Source of the DNA: Candidatus Micrarchaeota archaeon
GTDB lineage: Archaea; Micrarchaeota; Micrarchaeia; Anstonellales; Bilamarchaeaceae
DNA: 23,115 nucleotides
Assembly (NCBI GenBank): GCA_040753215.1
Contig: JBFMEZ010000008.1
Location: 1-23,115 of the forward strand
Direction of reading: 5' to 3'
The position numbers and the translations under genes were made by a program. The notes below the pieces were generated by a model. It ran no database searches. It worked only from the letters and a program-made list of their open reading frames with translations, and had not been told where the DNA came from. Positions 1 through 8,700 of the stretch are shown here, in pieces. The stretch's first letter is position 1, and each line of letters starts with the position of its first letter.

Positions 1-126
1 TGCAAAACGATAGGTGATGCCATAACCAAACTTAGAAAAACACTCCAAAAACTTTCGCAAAATTACGGGATAAGTTTTGGGGAGCTAATAGAAATCTGCG
101 TCGACCAAAAATTCGCAAAACTATAG
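1..126 (+). CDS. 3' end of a hypothetical protein, truncated by the window edge
   Basis: Frame +1 is open from base 1 to TAG at 124-126 (CKTIGDAITKLRKTLQKLSQNYGISFGELIEICVDQKFAKL*). The region is AT-rich and no family was recognised. Confidence 0.4.
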   Translation, partial: CKTIGDAITKLRKTLQKLSQNYGISFGELIEICVDQKFAKL

Positions 127-250
127 CTGCATGGTTGTCTGTGTCATATGGTATAATAATGTGTGGATGGGTATTTAAATCTTACTATTTTACCATTAAT
201 TACAACTTCTTTGGAATAACACTTTTTAAAACCTTTTATTTGTTATAAAA

Positions 251-946
251 GTGGATATTATGCGTTTTCTACCAGCAACAAACATCGAATACGTAACGCC
301 AAAAAGATTCCCTTCAGCATCAATGTGGCACCAGGAGAGACACCCCGAAAGATGCCTTACCCGCGACCAGGTCCGCTCTCTTCTCAGCTCCAGGGTGCTT
401 GTGGAGGAGAAGATACAGGGCTCTCCCAGGTCATTCGAAGCTGCCGACCAGTTCTACCTGTTTGCTGTGGATATGCTGCCGAGGCGTGCAACCGCCTACA
501 GGGTCCCGGGGAGATATGCTGTTTTTGACGCATTCGACTTCAACCTCGGCGTTTTCCTTTTCTCCGAAGACAAGGCTGAACTTTTCCGTGACCTGAGGCT
601 TGGCGTTTTGCGCGTGGAGGGCGTTCCCCGCGAGGATTTCTTCCCGGTCCCGGTGGTAGCGGAGGGAATGTTCAATGATGCGGCGGAAATACTGCATCTC
701 GCAGGCACCTCCGCCTATGCGGTGGACCCCAGGGATGGCACAAGCGTCCAGATGGCCGGCCTTGTAGTGAAGCCGGACAGGCAGCTCTATCCCGAGGAAC
801 AGCTTCGGGGAAGGATAGATCTTGTAGGAGGCACGGGCGGCGCCTCCCCTCCTCCAGATGGAAGGAACATTATAATCCACGGGATGCCAATCGTTATAAG
901 ATACGACCCATACGTAACTCTCGGAAAGGCGGACTTTTCTCATTAG
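251..946 (+). CDS. RNA ligase/nucleotidyltransferase-fold protein with degenerate motifs
   Basis: Motif I-like VEEKIQGS (canonical KxDG/KxHG), IIIa-like YAVFDAFD, PVPVV and motif IV-like AGLVVK (canonical EGxVxK) occur in the expected order. A TTTTTAAA box lies at ~223-230. The start may be ATG 260. Confidence 0.6.
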   Translation: MDIMRFLPATNIEYVTPKRFPSASMWHQERHPERCLTRDQVRSLLSSRVLVEEKIQGSPRSFEAADQFYLFAVDMLPRRATAYRVPGRYAVFDAFDFNLGVFLFSEDKAELFRDLRLGVLRVEGVPREDFFPVPVVAEGMFNDAAEILHLAGTSAYAVDPRDGTSVQMAGLVVKPDRQLYPEEQLRGRIDLVGGTGGASPPPDGRNIIIHGMPIVIRYDPYVTLGKADFSH

Positions 947-2172
947 AAATCCAGAAGGCTCTTCTGGCTCTTCGGGTCCTCCTTCGGCTTCTCCCAGCCC
1001 ATCTCCCCAAAGACCCCATCGTACCCCGGCTTCCAGTATACTTCCCCGCTCCGCGCCTTCACAATCGCCTTAGTCAGCACTTTATCCGAAGCCAAAATTA
1101 GTTGCTCCTCAGGCGCCTCCAGTGCCGCAAACTCATTCCCGAAGTAATTCACCAATTTGAAGTATTCCTCCCGCACGCCCTTCGTATTCTCCCCCGCATC
1201 CCGCACAGACGCAATAATCTCCATAAGCGGAATCAATCTCGTAAATGGAACCGCACCCTCCGGCTTCTCCCCCTCCTTCCTGTCCGCAAGTTCCTCCACC
1301 CGATGCAGCACGCCCACCGTCAGCTTCTTCTTGCACACCGGGCACAAATCCCCCATCTTCATCGACGCCTCCGGAGAAAGGCGCACCTTGCAGTCCCTGT
1401 GCCCGTCCCAGTGGTATTTCCCTTCCTCCGGATAAAACTCATAAGTTTTCACAAATCCCTTCCTCGTCCTAATAGTCTCCATCACCGCCTTGTAACTCAA
1501 TTTCTCCAATTCGAAAACATTCGCCTCCCTCCCCAGTTTCTGCGGCGAGTGGCAGTCCGAATTGGAGATTATTGTGATGCGGTCTAGCGCACTAAGCATC
1601 CAGTTCATCGCAGGGTCGCTGGAAAGTCCGCTCTCAATTGCAAATATGTCCTTCGCATATTTCCCGAACGCCTCTTCCAAAGAATCAAACCCGGACTTGG
1701 AGCCGAAAACCCCAAACCAAGGCGTCCAAAGATGAGCCGGCACAACATGGATCTCCCGTGAAATCCCGCGCAGTATCTCCATCATCTCAACCATGTCCAG
1801 ATTGAGGGTGGGCCTCCCGTCCTCTTCCAGTTTCCCGAATCTCTTCAGCCCTTCGCATATCTGCCCCACCACTTCCAGCGAAGGCGCGAATAGGATATTA
1901 TGCACCTTTTTGTTCACATTATTCCGGTAGAATATGTTGCTCACTTCCGTAGTAAGCATAAATTTCGTATTCTTATAGGAAAAAATCCCCTCTCCCTCAT
2001 CCTTCAGTTTCTTCTTCAGCTCCCCAAGCCATTTCGGATGGGTAAAATCTGCGCTGCCCAATAATCCGATTCCTTTTATCGCAGCCCACTCCGCCAGCCC
2101 CTCTAAATCCGAGTTTCCACTCGTCGCCCGTGAATATTTGGAATGCAGGTGAAGGTCTGCGATGATCCGCAT
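943..2172 (-). CDS. endoQ: Endonuclease Q family protein (PHP domain plus Zn-binding region)
   Basis: Motifs ADLHLHSKYS, DFTHP, AHLWTP, ESGLSSD, SNSDCHS, LGRE, GKYHWDGHRDC...CPVC, GVLHRVEELAD and PGYDGVFG; 409 aa. Confidence 0.88.
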   Translation of the reverse strand: MRIIADLHLHSKYSRATSGNSDLEGLAEWAAIKGIGLLGSADFTHPKWLGELKKKLKDEGEGIFSYKNTKFMLTTEVSNIFYRNNVNKKVHNILFAPSLEVVGQICEGLKRFGKLEEDGRPTLNLDMVEMMEILRGISREIHVVPAHLWTPWFGVFGSKSGFDSLEEAFGKYAKDIFAIESGLSSDPAMNWMLSALDRITIISNSDCHSPQKLGREANVFELEKLSYKAVMETIRTRKGFVKTYEFYPEEGKYHWDGHRDCKVRLSPEASMKMGDLCPVCKKKLTVGVLHRVEELADRKEGEKPEGAVPFTRLIPLMEIIASVRDAGENTKGVREEYFKLVNYFGNEFAALEAPEEQLILASDKVLTKAIVKARSGEVYWKPGYDGVFGEMGWEKPKEDPKSQKSLLDF

Positions 2173-2222
2173 GCCCCAATTTTGACCGTGAGCTATTTAA
2201 AATCCGCCCCAGAAATCCCCCT
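2173..2222. promoter_or_regulatory. Divergent promoter region endoQ/guaAB with one central TATA-like box
   Basis: TATTTAAAA at 2194-2202 lies 21-30 nt from both start codons. Confidence 0.6.
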
Positions 2223-3179
2223 ATGCCCTTTGACCCCAAGAAATTCATCCAAGAGGCAATAGAAGAAATAAGGAAATCCGTAGGAAAGGAAAAATCCATA
2301 ATCGCAGTCTCCGGGGGAGTGGACTCCATGGTCGCCGCCACCCTCGCCTCTCGTGCAGTCCCCAACCAGCTCGTCGCAGTCTTCGTAGACACCGGCTTCA
2401 TGCGCAAGAACGAGGCCCAGCACGTAAAAGAAGCAGCAGAAAAAGTCGGCCTCCCAATCCGTATTGCGGATGAGCATGAGCGCTTCATCAAAAAGCTCGA
2501 GGGAATATCCGACCCGGAAGAGAAAAGAAAGATAATCGGCGAGCAGTTCATCCGCGTTTTCGAGGAAATCGCAAGGAAGGAAAAAGTAAAGGTGCTCATC
2601 CAGGGAACAATCGCCCCGGACTGGATAGAGAGCGGGGGCGGGGGCCGCCACACTATAAAATCCCACCACAACGTGGGCGGAATCCCGGAGAATATTGAAT
2701 TGAGATTATGCGAGCCCCTGCGGGAGCTCTACAAGCACGAAGTTAGGATGGTGGGGAAGGAATTGGGGCTCCCCAGGTACGTATTCGAGAGGCAGCCCTT
2801 CCCCGGCCCGGGCCTCGCTGTCCGCATAGTCGGGGAAATATCCCGTGAAAAGTTAGAAATAGTAAAGGAAGCGTGCTTCATCGTGGAGGAGGAGATGGAT
2901 GTCGCCTCCTCGAACGGGAAGATGGAGCGCCCCTGGCAGTATTTCGCCGCTGTTCTCCCTTCCAAAACCGTAGGCGTCGCAGGGGATGAAAGGATCTACA
3001 AATATACGGTGGTTGTGCGTGCGGTCCGCAGCCTAGACGGCATGACTGCCAACTTCTCGGAAATCCCGTACGAGGTGCTGTCCACGATCTCAACAAGGAT
3101 TACGAATGAGATTCGCGGAGTAGGCCGCGTCGTATATGATATCACGAACAAGCCGCCTTCAACAATAGAGATGGAATAA
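2223..3179 (+). CDS. guaAB: GMP synthase (glutamine-hydrolysing), subunit B (ATP pyrophosphatase subunit)
   Basis: PP-loop SGGVDS, DPEEKRKIIG, LIQGTIAPDWIES, IKSHHNVGG, PFPGPGLAVR and YDITNKPPSTIE. There is no glutaminase domain, as in the archaeal split enzyme. Confidence 0.97.
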   Translation: MPFDPKKFIQEAIEEIRKSVGKEKSIIAVSGGVDSMVAATLASRAVPNQLVAVFVDTGFMRKNEAQHVKEAAEKVGLPIRIADEHERFIKKLEGISDPEEKRKIIGEQFIRVFEEIARKEKVKVLIQGTIAPDWIESGGGGRHTIKSHHNVGGIPENIELRLCEPLRELYKHEVRMVGKELGLPRYVFERQPFPGPGLAVRIVGEISREKLEIVKEACFIVEEEMDVASSNGKMERPWQYFAAVLPSKTVGVAGDERIYKYTVVVRAVRSLDGMTANFSEIPYEVLSTISTRITNEIRGVGRVVYDITNKPPSTIEME

Positions 3180-3180
3180 T

Positions 3181-3212
3181 CAGTTTCCAGTTTCGGGTTC
3201 CCAGCTTCCGAA
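3181..3212. repeat. Heptamer tandem array (GTTTC orientation)
   Basis: cagtttc cagtttc gggttcc cagcttc immediately after the guaAB stop; it ends in CCAGCTTCCGAA (3201-3212). Confidence 0.8.
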
Positions 3213-3217
3213 TAGAA

Positions 3218-3547
3218 TCAGATTTCAGAACAAGCGCTTCTTAGATTTTCAAAAAGCTTTCCGGCCGGGTCGTGCCTCGCAGAGCCGTGGTTTTTGTTTA
3301 TCGGGAGGCGTTCCCACCTTTCCGCCATATGCGTATATGCAGACGCCTCGTAGGGCGTCGGGAAATTGTGGTGGTCCAGCTCCATGCTGGTGACGCTCTC
3401 CCTCAGTTTCTCTATCGAATAAGCGGAATAATCTACGGCCCTGGCTGCGACTGGCACCATCGCTTCTGCACGCCTCTCAACCGGGACCGGGACGCCGAGC
3501 GTTTCTTCTCTGGTTTCCTTTTCCTTCAAAACCATTTTTTCACACAT
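3218..3547 (-). CDS. Hypothetical protein (109 aa), orphan
   Basis: ORF with a TTTTTAAA box (minus strand, 3565-3572) upstream; the start may be the second ATG (3535). No family recognised. Confidence 0.6.
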   Translation of the reverse strand: MCEKMVLKEKETREETLGVPVPVERRAEAMVPVAARAVDYSAYSIEKLRESVTSMELDHHNFPTPYEASAYTHMAERWERLPINKNHGSARHDPAGKLFENLRSACSEI

Positions 3548-3580
3548 ATATTTCTCGGAAAGCCTTTAAAAACCCTCCCT

Positions 3581-3633
3581 CCAGCTTCCGAAAACAGGAA
3601 ACCCGTAACCGGAAACGGGAAACCCGAAACCGA
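3581..3633. repeat. Heptamer tandem array (GAAAC orientation)
   Basis: CCAGCTTCCGAA (3581-3592) overlapping gaaaaca, then ggaaacc cgtaacc ggaaacg ggaaacc cgaaacc, abutting the tRNA 3' end. Confidence 0.85.
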
Positions 3634-3706
3634 TAGCCCCGACCGGATTTGAACCGGTGTCAACGGGTCCAAAGCCCGCTATCCTTGGCCGCTAGACGAC
3701 GGGGCT
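3634..3706 (-). tRNA. tRNA-Gln (anticodon TTG), intron-less, CCA not encoded
   Basis: Minus strand AGCCCCGTCGTCTAGCGGCCAAGGATAGCGGGCTTTGGACCCGTTGACACCGGTTCAAATCCGGTCGGGGCTA folds as a cloverleaf with acceptor AGCCCCG/CGGGGCT, anticodon loop CT-TTG-GA and T-loop TTCAAAT. A1-U72 is typical of archaeal tRNA-Gln. Confidence 0.97.
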
Positions 3707-3760
3707 AGCATAGATATAGCCGCAACAACGATTTTAAATGCCTGATGCCATATCCCACGC
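3707..3760. promoter_or_regulatory. Divergent promoter tRNA-Gln/TPR gene
   Basis: ATTTTAAAT at 3731-3739, about 22-33 nt from both the tRNA 5' end and ATG 3761. Confidence 0.55.
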
Positions 3761-4249
3761 ATGGAGGAAACTCTCGCCCTCCTCCGCGCAGGAAAGATGG
3801 AAGAGCTAAGGAAGCGCGCGAAGGAAACCCTAAAAAAGACCAGATGGGACCCGGAATCCTGGTTCCTGATGGGCATGGTCGCCCAGCACGAGGGGAGGCT
3901 GGAATACGCGCTGGAATGTTTCGAGCGCGCCCTTCACATAAAGCCCGATGCGAGATACTACCGCGCAAAGGCATCCGTGCACATGGAATGCTTCGAATTC
4001 GAGGAGGCGGTTGAAGACCTCCGCAAGGCGCTTGAGCTTTCCGAAGATGCCGATTCCCTTTTCCTGATTGCGGTGTGCCTCCTTTTCCTCGACAGCTCCG
4101 AGGCAGGAAAATACATGAAAATGGCGAAAAAGAAGGACCCCGCACGCACCAACGAGCTCCTCCGCGAATTCTTCCTCCGCTTCTTCAAAGAGGACAAGAG
4201 CATTCCAGAAAAGGCGAAGAAGGAGTTCTGGAAGAAAATATCTTCGTAA
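3761..4249 (+). CDS. Tetratricopeptide repeat protein
   Basis: TPR consensus in PESWFLMGMVAQHEGRLEYALECFERALHIKP and ARYYRAKASVHMECFEFEEAVEDLRKALELS. Confidence 0.88.
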   Translation: MEETLALLRAGKMEELRKRAKETLKKTRWDPESWFLMGMVAQHEGRLEYALECFERALHIKPDARYYRAKASVHMECFEFEEAVEDLRKALELSEDADSLFLIAVCLLFLDSSEAGKYMKMAKKKDPARTNELLREFFLRFFKEDKSIPEKAKKEFWKKISS

Positions 4250-4350
4250 TTACTTCACTCGTGGGTAGTTGACTGCCTTTATCCGCTTTATAGAACTTCC
4301 ATCGAGGGTCGGTTCGCTAGTATTTTTAATTCCCCCTCCGTTATCTCCTT

Positions 4351-5382
4351 ATGCGAATCGTTCACCGCGACCTGAAGGCGGGCGAAATAAAGCTGATGCT
4401 CCAGCGCCTCGAGGATTTGTGGCACCTGGAAAGGGTCCTGAAAGAAGGGGACTTGGTGGAAGCCAGGACCTACCGGAGCGTAAAATTCGGCGAGGGAAAG
4501 GAGGAGCGCAAGCCTGTTTTCATAACCCTCCGCGTGGAAAATGTGGAATTCGCAGAAGCCGCAAACCGCCTCCGCATCGGAGGAGCAATAATCTCAGGAA
4601 GCCCTGAGGAGTTCATCCAGAAGGGCCGCCACCACACCTTCGATTTGGAGCCCGGGGACACCGTTCGCGTAATAAAGGAATGGAAAAATTTCGAAGTTTC
4701 CAGATTGGAGAAGGCGGTAAAAGAAACCTCCCGCCCAGTAATTCGGATAATAGTGATGGATGAGGAAAAGGCCCTGACCGCAACCCTCCGCGGCTACGGG
4801 CTGGAGTACGGCCCAACAATCTGGTTCGCCGGAAGCAAAAGAGAAAAAGATTATGAGGACAAGGTGCGCCAATATTACGGTGAAATCGCCGCATACATCT
4901 CAGGAGCGGACGAGCGCTTTGTAGTCGCCGGCCCCGGGTTTGCAAAAGACGGGCTGAAGGATTTCATCTCCAGGAAATACCCCATGCTCCTCCTGCGCAT
5001 CACTTTTGAAACCTGCTCCTACGCAGAGAGAAGCGGAATCGCGGAACTGATGAAGAGAGGAGCAATAGAAAAAATCGCGGGAGAGGCGCAGGTGGAGAAA
5101 GAGGAGAAGTTATTCGAGGAATTCATGGTGCGGGCGCACAAGGTGACCGGCCTCGCGGCCTACGGAAAGAAGGAGGTCGCCCAGGCAGTTGAACTCGGGG
5201 CGGTTGAAACCCTGCTTGTTCTGGATGACGCATTGCGCAGGGACAAGGAAATAGAGAAAATAACCGAAGAGGCGGAATCAAAAAGGGCGAACATAGTCTT
5301 CTACTCTTCCCGCGGGGAATCCGCGCCAAAATTGAAAGGGTTCGGCGGGATTGCAGCATTGCTCCGCTTCAGAATCTCATAG
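4351..5382 (+). CDS. pelA: mRNA surveillance/ribosome rescue protein pelota
   Basis: EDLWHL, GRHHTFD, VVAGPGFAK, AAYGKKEV...GAVETLLV and FGGIAALLRF; 343 aa. A TATTTTTAA box lies at 4321-4329. Confidence 0.97.
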   Translation: MRIVHRDLKAGEIKLMLQRLEDLWHLERVLKEGDLVEARTYRSVKFGEGKEERKPVFITLRVENVEFAEAANRLRIGGAIISGSPEEFIQKGRHHTFDLEPGDTVRVIKEWKNFEVSRLEKAVKETSRPVIRIIVMDEEKALTATLRGYGLEYGPTIWFAGSKREKDYEDKVRQYYGEIAAYISGADERFVVAGPGFAKDGLKDFISRKYPMLLLRITFETCSYAERSGIAELMKRGAIEKIAGEAQVEKEEKLFEEFMVRAHKVTGLAAYGKKEVAQAVELGAVETLLVLDDALRRDKEIEKITEEAESKRANIVFYSSRGESAPKLKGFGGIAALLRFRIS

Positions 5383-5419
5383 CATCCCAAATGCCGCAAG
5401 CCACAAGCTCTTTCTATAA

Positions 5420-5452
5420 TCATGGTAAGTATAACCGTCATTATACTCATGA
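5420..5452. terminator. AT-rich inverted repeat between the convergent pelA and PadR genes (terminator or operator)
   Basis: TCATG-gta-AGTATAA ccgtca TTATACT-CATGA palindrome. Confidence 0.35.
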
Positions 5453-5455
5453 AGG

Positions 5456-5767
5456 TTATAGCGTATCCGAGAGCAGCCTGAAATACTTCTTCGCTTCTGC
5501 GAGCGCCTCTCTCCCATTCTCCGTAAGTCTGTAATATTTCCTCCTCTCCTTCTGCTCGCCTTTTATCAGCCCTTCTCCCTCCAGCATGTGCAGCACTATA
5601 TAAACCATAACCCTGCTCGGCCTGAAATAGAAATCCTTCTCAATCTGCTCGGGGAGCGTATAAGCGTAGCACTCCCCGTCCCTCCTTATGATAGATAGAA
5701 TATAGAGCCACAGATTCTCGATTGTAAGGTGCCTCCTCAACCTCCTTATGGGGCGGGTTTCCGGCAT
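5456..5767 (-). CDS. PadR-family winged-helix transcriptional regulator
   Basis: YILSII...YAYTL...VYIVLHMLEGEGLI...RRKYYRLTENGREAL pattern. It starts 1 nt after the stop of the 1254-aa gene. Confidence 0.88.
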   Translation of the reverse strand: MPETRPIRRLRRHLTIENLWLYILSIIRRDGECYAYTLPEQIEKDFYFRPSRVMVYIVLHMLEGEGLIKGEQKERRKYYRLTENGREALAEAKKYFRLLSDTL

Positions 5768-5768
5768 C

Positions 5769-8700
5769 CTATACCTCCGGCCTGCTGCTCCTGCCCATCA
5801 TCCTGTCCCTGTCCGCCCTCGCGCTCTCCGCCGTTGCCTCCTCTCTCGGAACAAGCGCCCCGAGCTCCGTCTCCCGGTTCTCCCCTTCAACCTCCTGCCG
5901 CACCCTTGTTACCCTTTCCCAGAATGCCCTGAAATCATCTTCTGTCTGTATCCTGCCCTGCATATTCGCGAGCTGCAGCGCATGGTTTTCAGTAGCCGTA
6001 CCTTCCCACTGTTCCGCGTATTCCGCGGCACTGGTCTCCAGCCCGACCGCCCTTCCCCCTGCCAGGTCTTCCAGATAATTGAACGTGTGGTCCCTCACCA
6101 CATCCACTCCTGCCGCATGCTCAAGGTGGTCCACCGAAGCCAGCCTCCCGCCAACCTCCCGCTCCATCTGCATAAATGCCGTGGAGGCCTCGGCGCTTCC
6201 CGGCTCCGCCCGCAGATATGAGCTGTATGCCTCCTGGAATCCGGCCCCCGCCGTCTCTGCAAATCCTCCGAGGAGCAGTGGTGCGACCTGTGCCAAAGCA
6301 GGGTTTTCCCTGATTGCGGCAATCGCTTCATTCGCCGCCCCAAGCGCAGCGCGCTCATGCCCCACCATCGTCTGCTGCCACTGCATCCAGTCTGCATCTG
6401 CCGGCCCGCCTTCCCTTCCAAGCATTTCCGCAGCGGTTTCCAGGAAATGCACGCGCTCCCAGGCAGGCCTTATCTCTTCCGCATGGGCTTCAACGACTGC
6501 ATTGTACCTCTGGCTGGCCCAGTCGGCCACAGATGCATACTCTTCGCTGCCGGGTGCGAGAGAGAGGTTTATGAATTCGTCCTGGGTGAGAGAGAGGTTT
6601 ATTAATTTACCCTGCGTGTAGTATGCGCCGGGCAGCTCGGCCCCAAAAGTATCGTATACAGTCCTCAGCGCATCCTGCCTCTCGCCCAGCGTGGATTCGC
6701 TGTTCCTCAGCACCTCAACCGCATGCTGCACCTCTTCTTCCGCCTCCTTGTATGCGGCTTCCGCCCCTGCCAGTTCCCTTCTTGCGTCTTCTCCAAGCAC
6801 CCTCGCCATCTCAGACATGTCCATGCGCGAAATATCGTACTGCTGGGCAATTTCCCCCAATGTCCTCAGCCTTTCCCCTTCCGCCGCCGAGGCAGCCGCC
6901 TGGCTCGCGAGGCTCGTGCTCTCGGGGCTTACCATGGCAAGCGCGATGTATGCGCTGACACGATCCCTCATCTCCTCGGGGACATCCTGCAGGGCGGTTC
7001 TCCCGCCCAAAACATTTTCCGCTATTTCAGCAACCCCGCTCCCCCTGCACTGCTCCACAACTGCGCCATAATTTGAGTTGAAGCCGATGTGCGCAGGGTC
7101 CGGCGGCGTTCCCATGGGCGACGGCTCCAGCAGGCTCGGGTCCCTCGCCGCTTCCCGGATACCATTCACAACCCCTACAACCTCCCTGCACAGCGTGTCG
7201 TACCTTTCTATCGCCTCATATTTTGCGAATATCTCCCTCCCTTCCGCGGTCGCGGGCGTGAACTCCCTCAGCTCATCAGGAGTCGGCGGGTGGCCGAGCT
7301 GCTTCTCAAGCTCGACTATTATCGCGCCGTATGCGTCTGCTATTTCCACCCTTTCCTCATAATCCATCCCCGCAACTTCCATAGCTGTGGCCGTGCCTGC
7401 AATCCCTCCTGCTATCGCAAGGCGCGCCAAATCCGCATTCGTCCCTTCGCGGAACTTCAATTCTCCCATTTCCGGGCTCTGCCCCATCTCCCCTGCAAGA
7501 TGGCTCACCACGCGCTCCAGCCCAAGGGAATCCATCTCCCCCATCCTCCCCTCGCGCGTTTCAAGTATGTTTGCAAACGTCCCTTTCGCGAGGCTTATCG
7601 CTGCAACAAGGTTCCCTCCGCCTTCCTCAGCCGCATGGGCGCTGAAATCCTCCTTTTCCATCATCCGGATGAAAGCCCTAACCTCTGCGCTGCTTCCAGC
7701 CAGCTCCGCCAAATCCCTGTAGCTCATCCCCGCAACAAGCATGGCTCCGGCAAGAACGGCAGCTTCCGAAGCGTCCCCGCTCACCCTGCGCATGGTTTCG
7801 AATGCGGCAAGTTTCTCCTCCCTTGTCTTATTCGGGTCTAGCAGGGTATCTATTGCATCCCTAGCTTCTCCGCTGACTGTGCTCCGGTGCTCCTGCAGCG
7901 CCTGCTCCGCCATGGAGCCGCAGTTCCTCCTGAAATCCGCATCCACCTGCTGCACGGCCGCCCTGTTTGATTCCACCTGCAGGTTCATCTGGTAGATGTT
8001 CGCTATCCGCTGTGGCGCCTGCTTATTGTGAAGGAAGAATAGTTCCCCTTCCTCCCTGTTCAGGGTCCGGCTCACCCTCTGGCCATTGAGCGGATTTACA
8101 AATTCAATCCTGTACCCCGTGACATTCCCGCTGCTGTCCCTTATCACCGTTGTCCCTGCGTCCATTACCGGAATGACATTTTCGCAATACTGCCTGTTCC
8201 TCTCCCCCGCAACCCCCTTTGCAAGAGCGGTGTCTATCGCCTGCGCGCTAAGCTCCCCCAGCCACCATATAGGAATCATATAAGTGAGGAATATAGAGCC
8301 CAGCTTCGCAAAGAAGTTTCCGGCGCCCATGCCCGCATCCGCCTCCGAAACGCGAAGCTCCCCGCGGAACTGCGCAAAAAATGCACGGAATCCGCTTGCA
8401 TCTCCTGTGAGCAGGCTGAAGAGCGCCTGCATGAACTGCTGTGCAATCCCTCCGGTGAGCACCGCTGCCCTCGTCTCCGGAGCAGCGGCCCTCTCCGGGG
8501 CAGCCGGCCCAGTAGGCGCAACAGGCGCAGCCCTGGGCGATGGCGGCGCGGGAGGAGCAAGCGACGGGGCCCCGGGGCGCGGGGCAACCCTGCCTTCCGC
8601 TGCCATCGGGGTTGTTGTAACCCTTCCCGCAGGCGCGGGAGGAGCCGCCGCGGCCTTCGCTTCTGCGGCTTTCGCCTTCTCCCCGGTTGCCGCTTCTACT

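Noticed and set aside
943..2172. Possible UvrD helicase fusion or frameshifted helicase
   Set aside because: The protein ends after the EndoQ-type domains, with no Walker A or helicase motifs nearby.
3581..3633. Repeat arrays as a CRISPR array
   Set aside because: Units are 7-bp degenerate tandem repeats without unique spacers, and there are no cas genes in the window.
3634..3706. tRNA-Gln as attachment site of an integrated element
   Set aside because: No duplicated tRNA 3' fragment was seen, there is no integrase, and the 12-bp direct repeat nearby is not tRNA-derived.
4250..4350. 100-nt gap between the TPR gene and pelA as a possible small RNA
   Set aside because: No convincing stem, C/D boxes or repeat were seen, only a TATA-like box for pelA.
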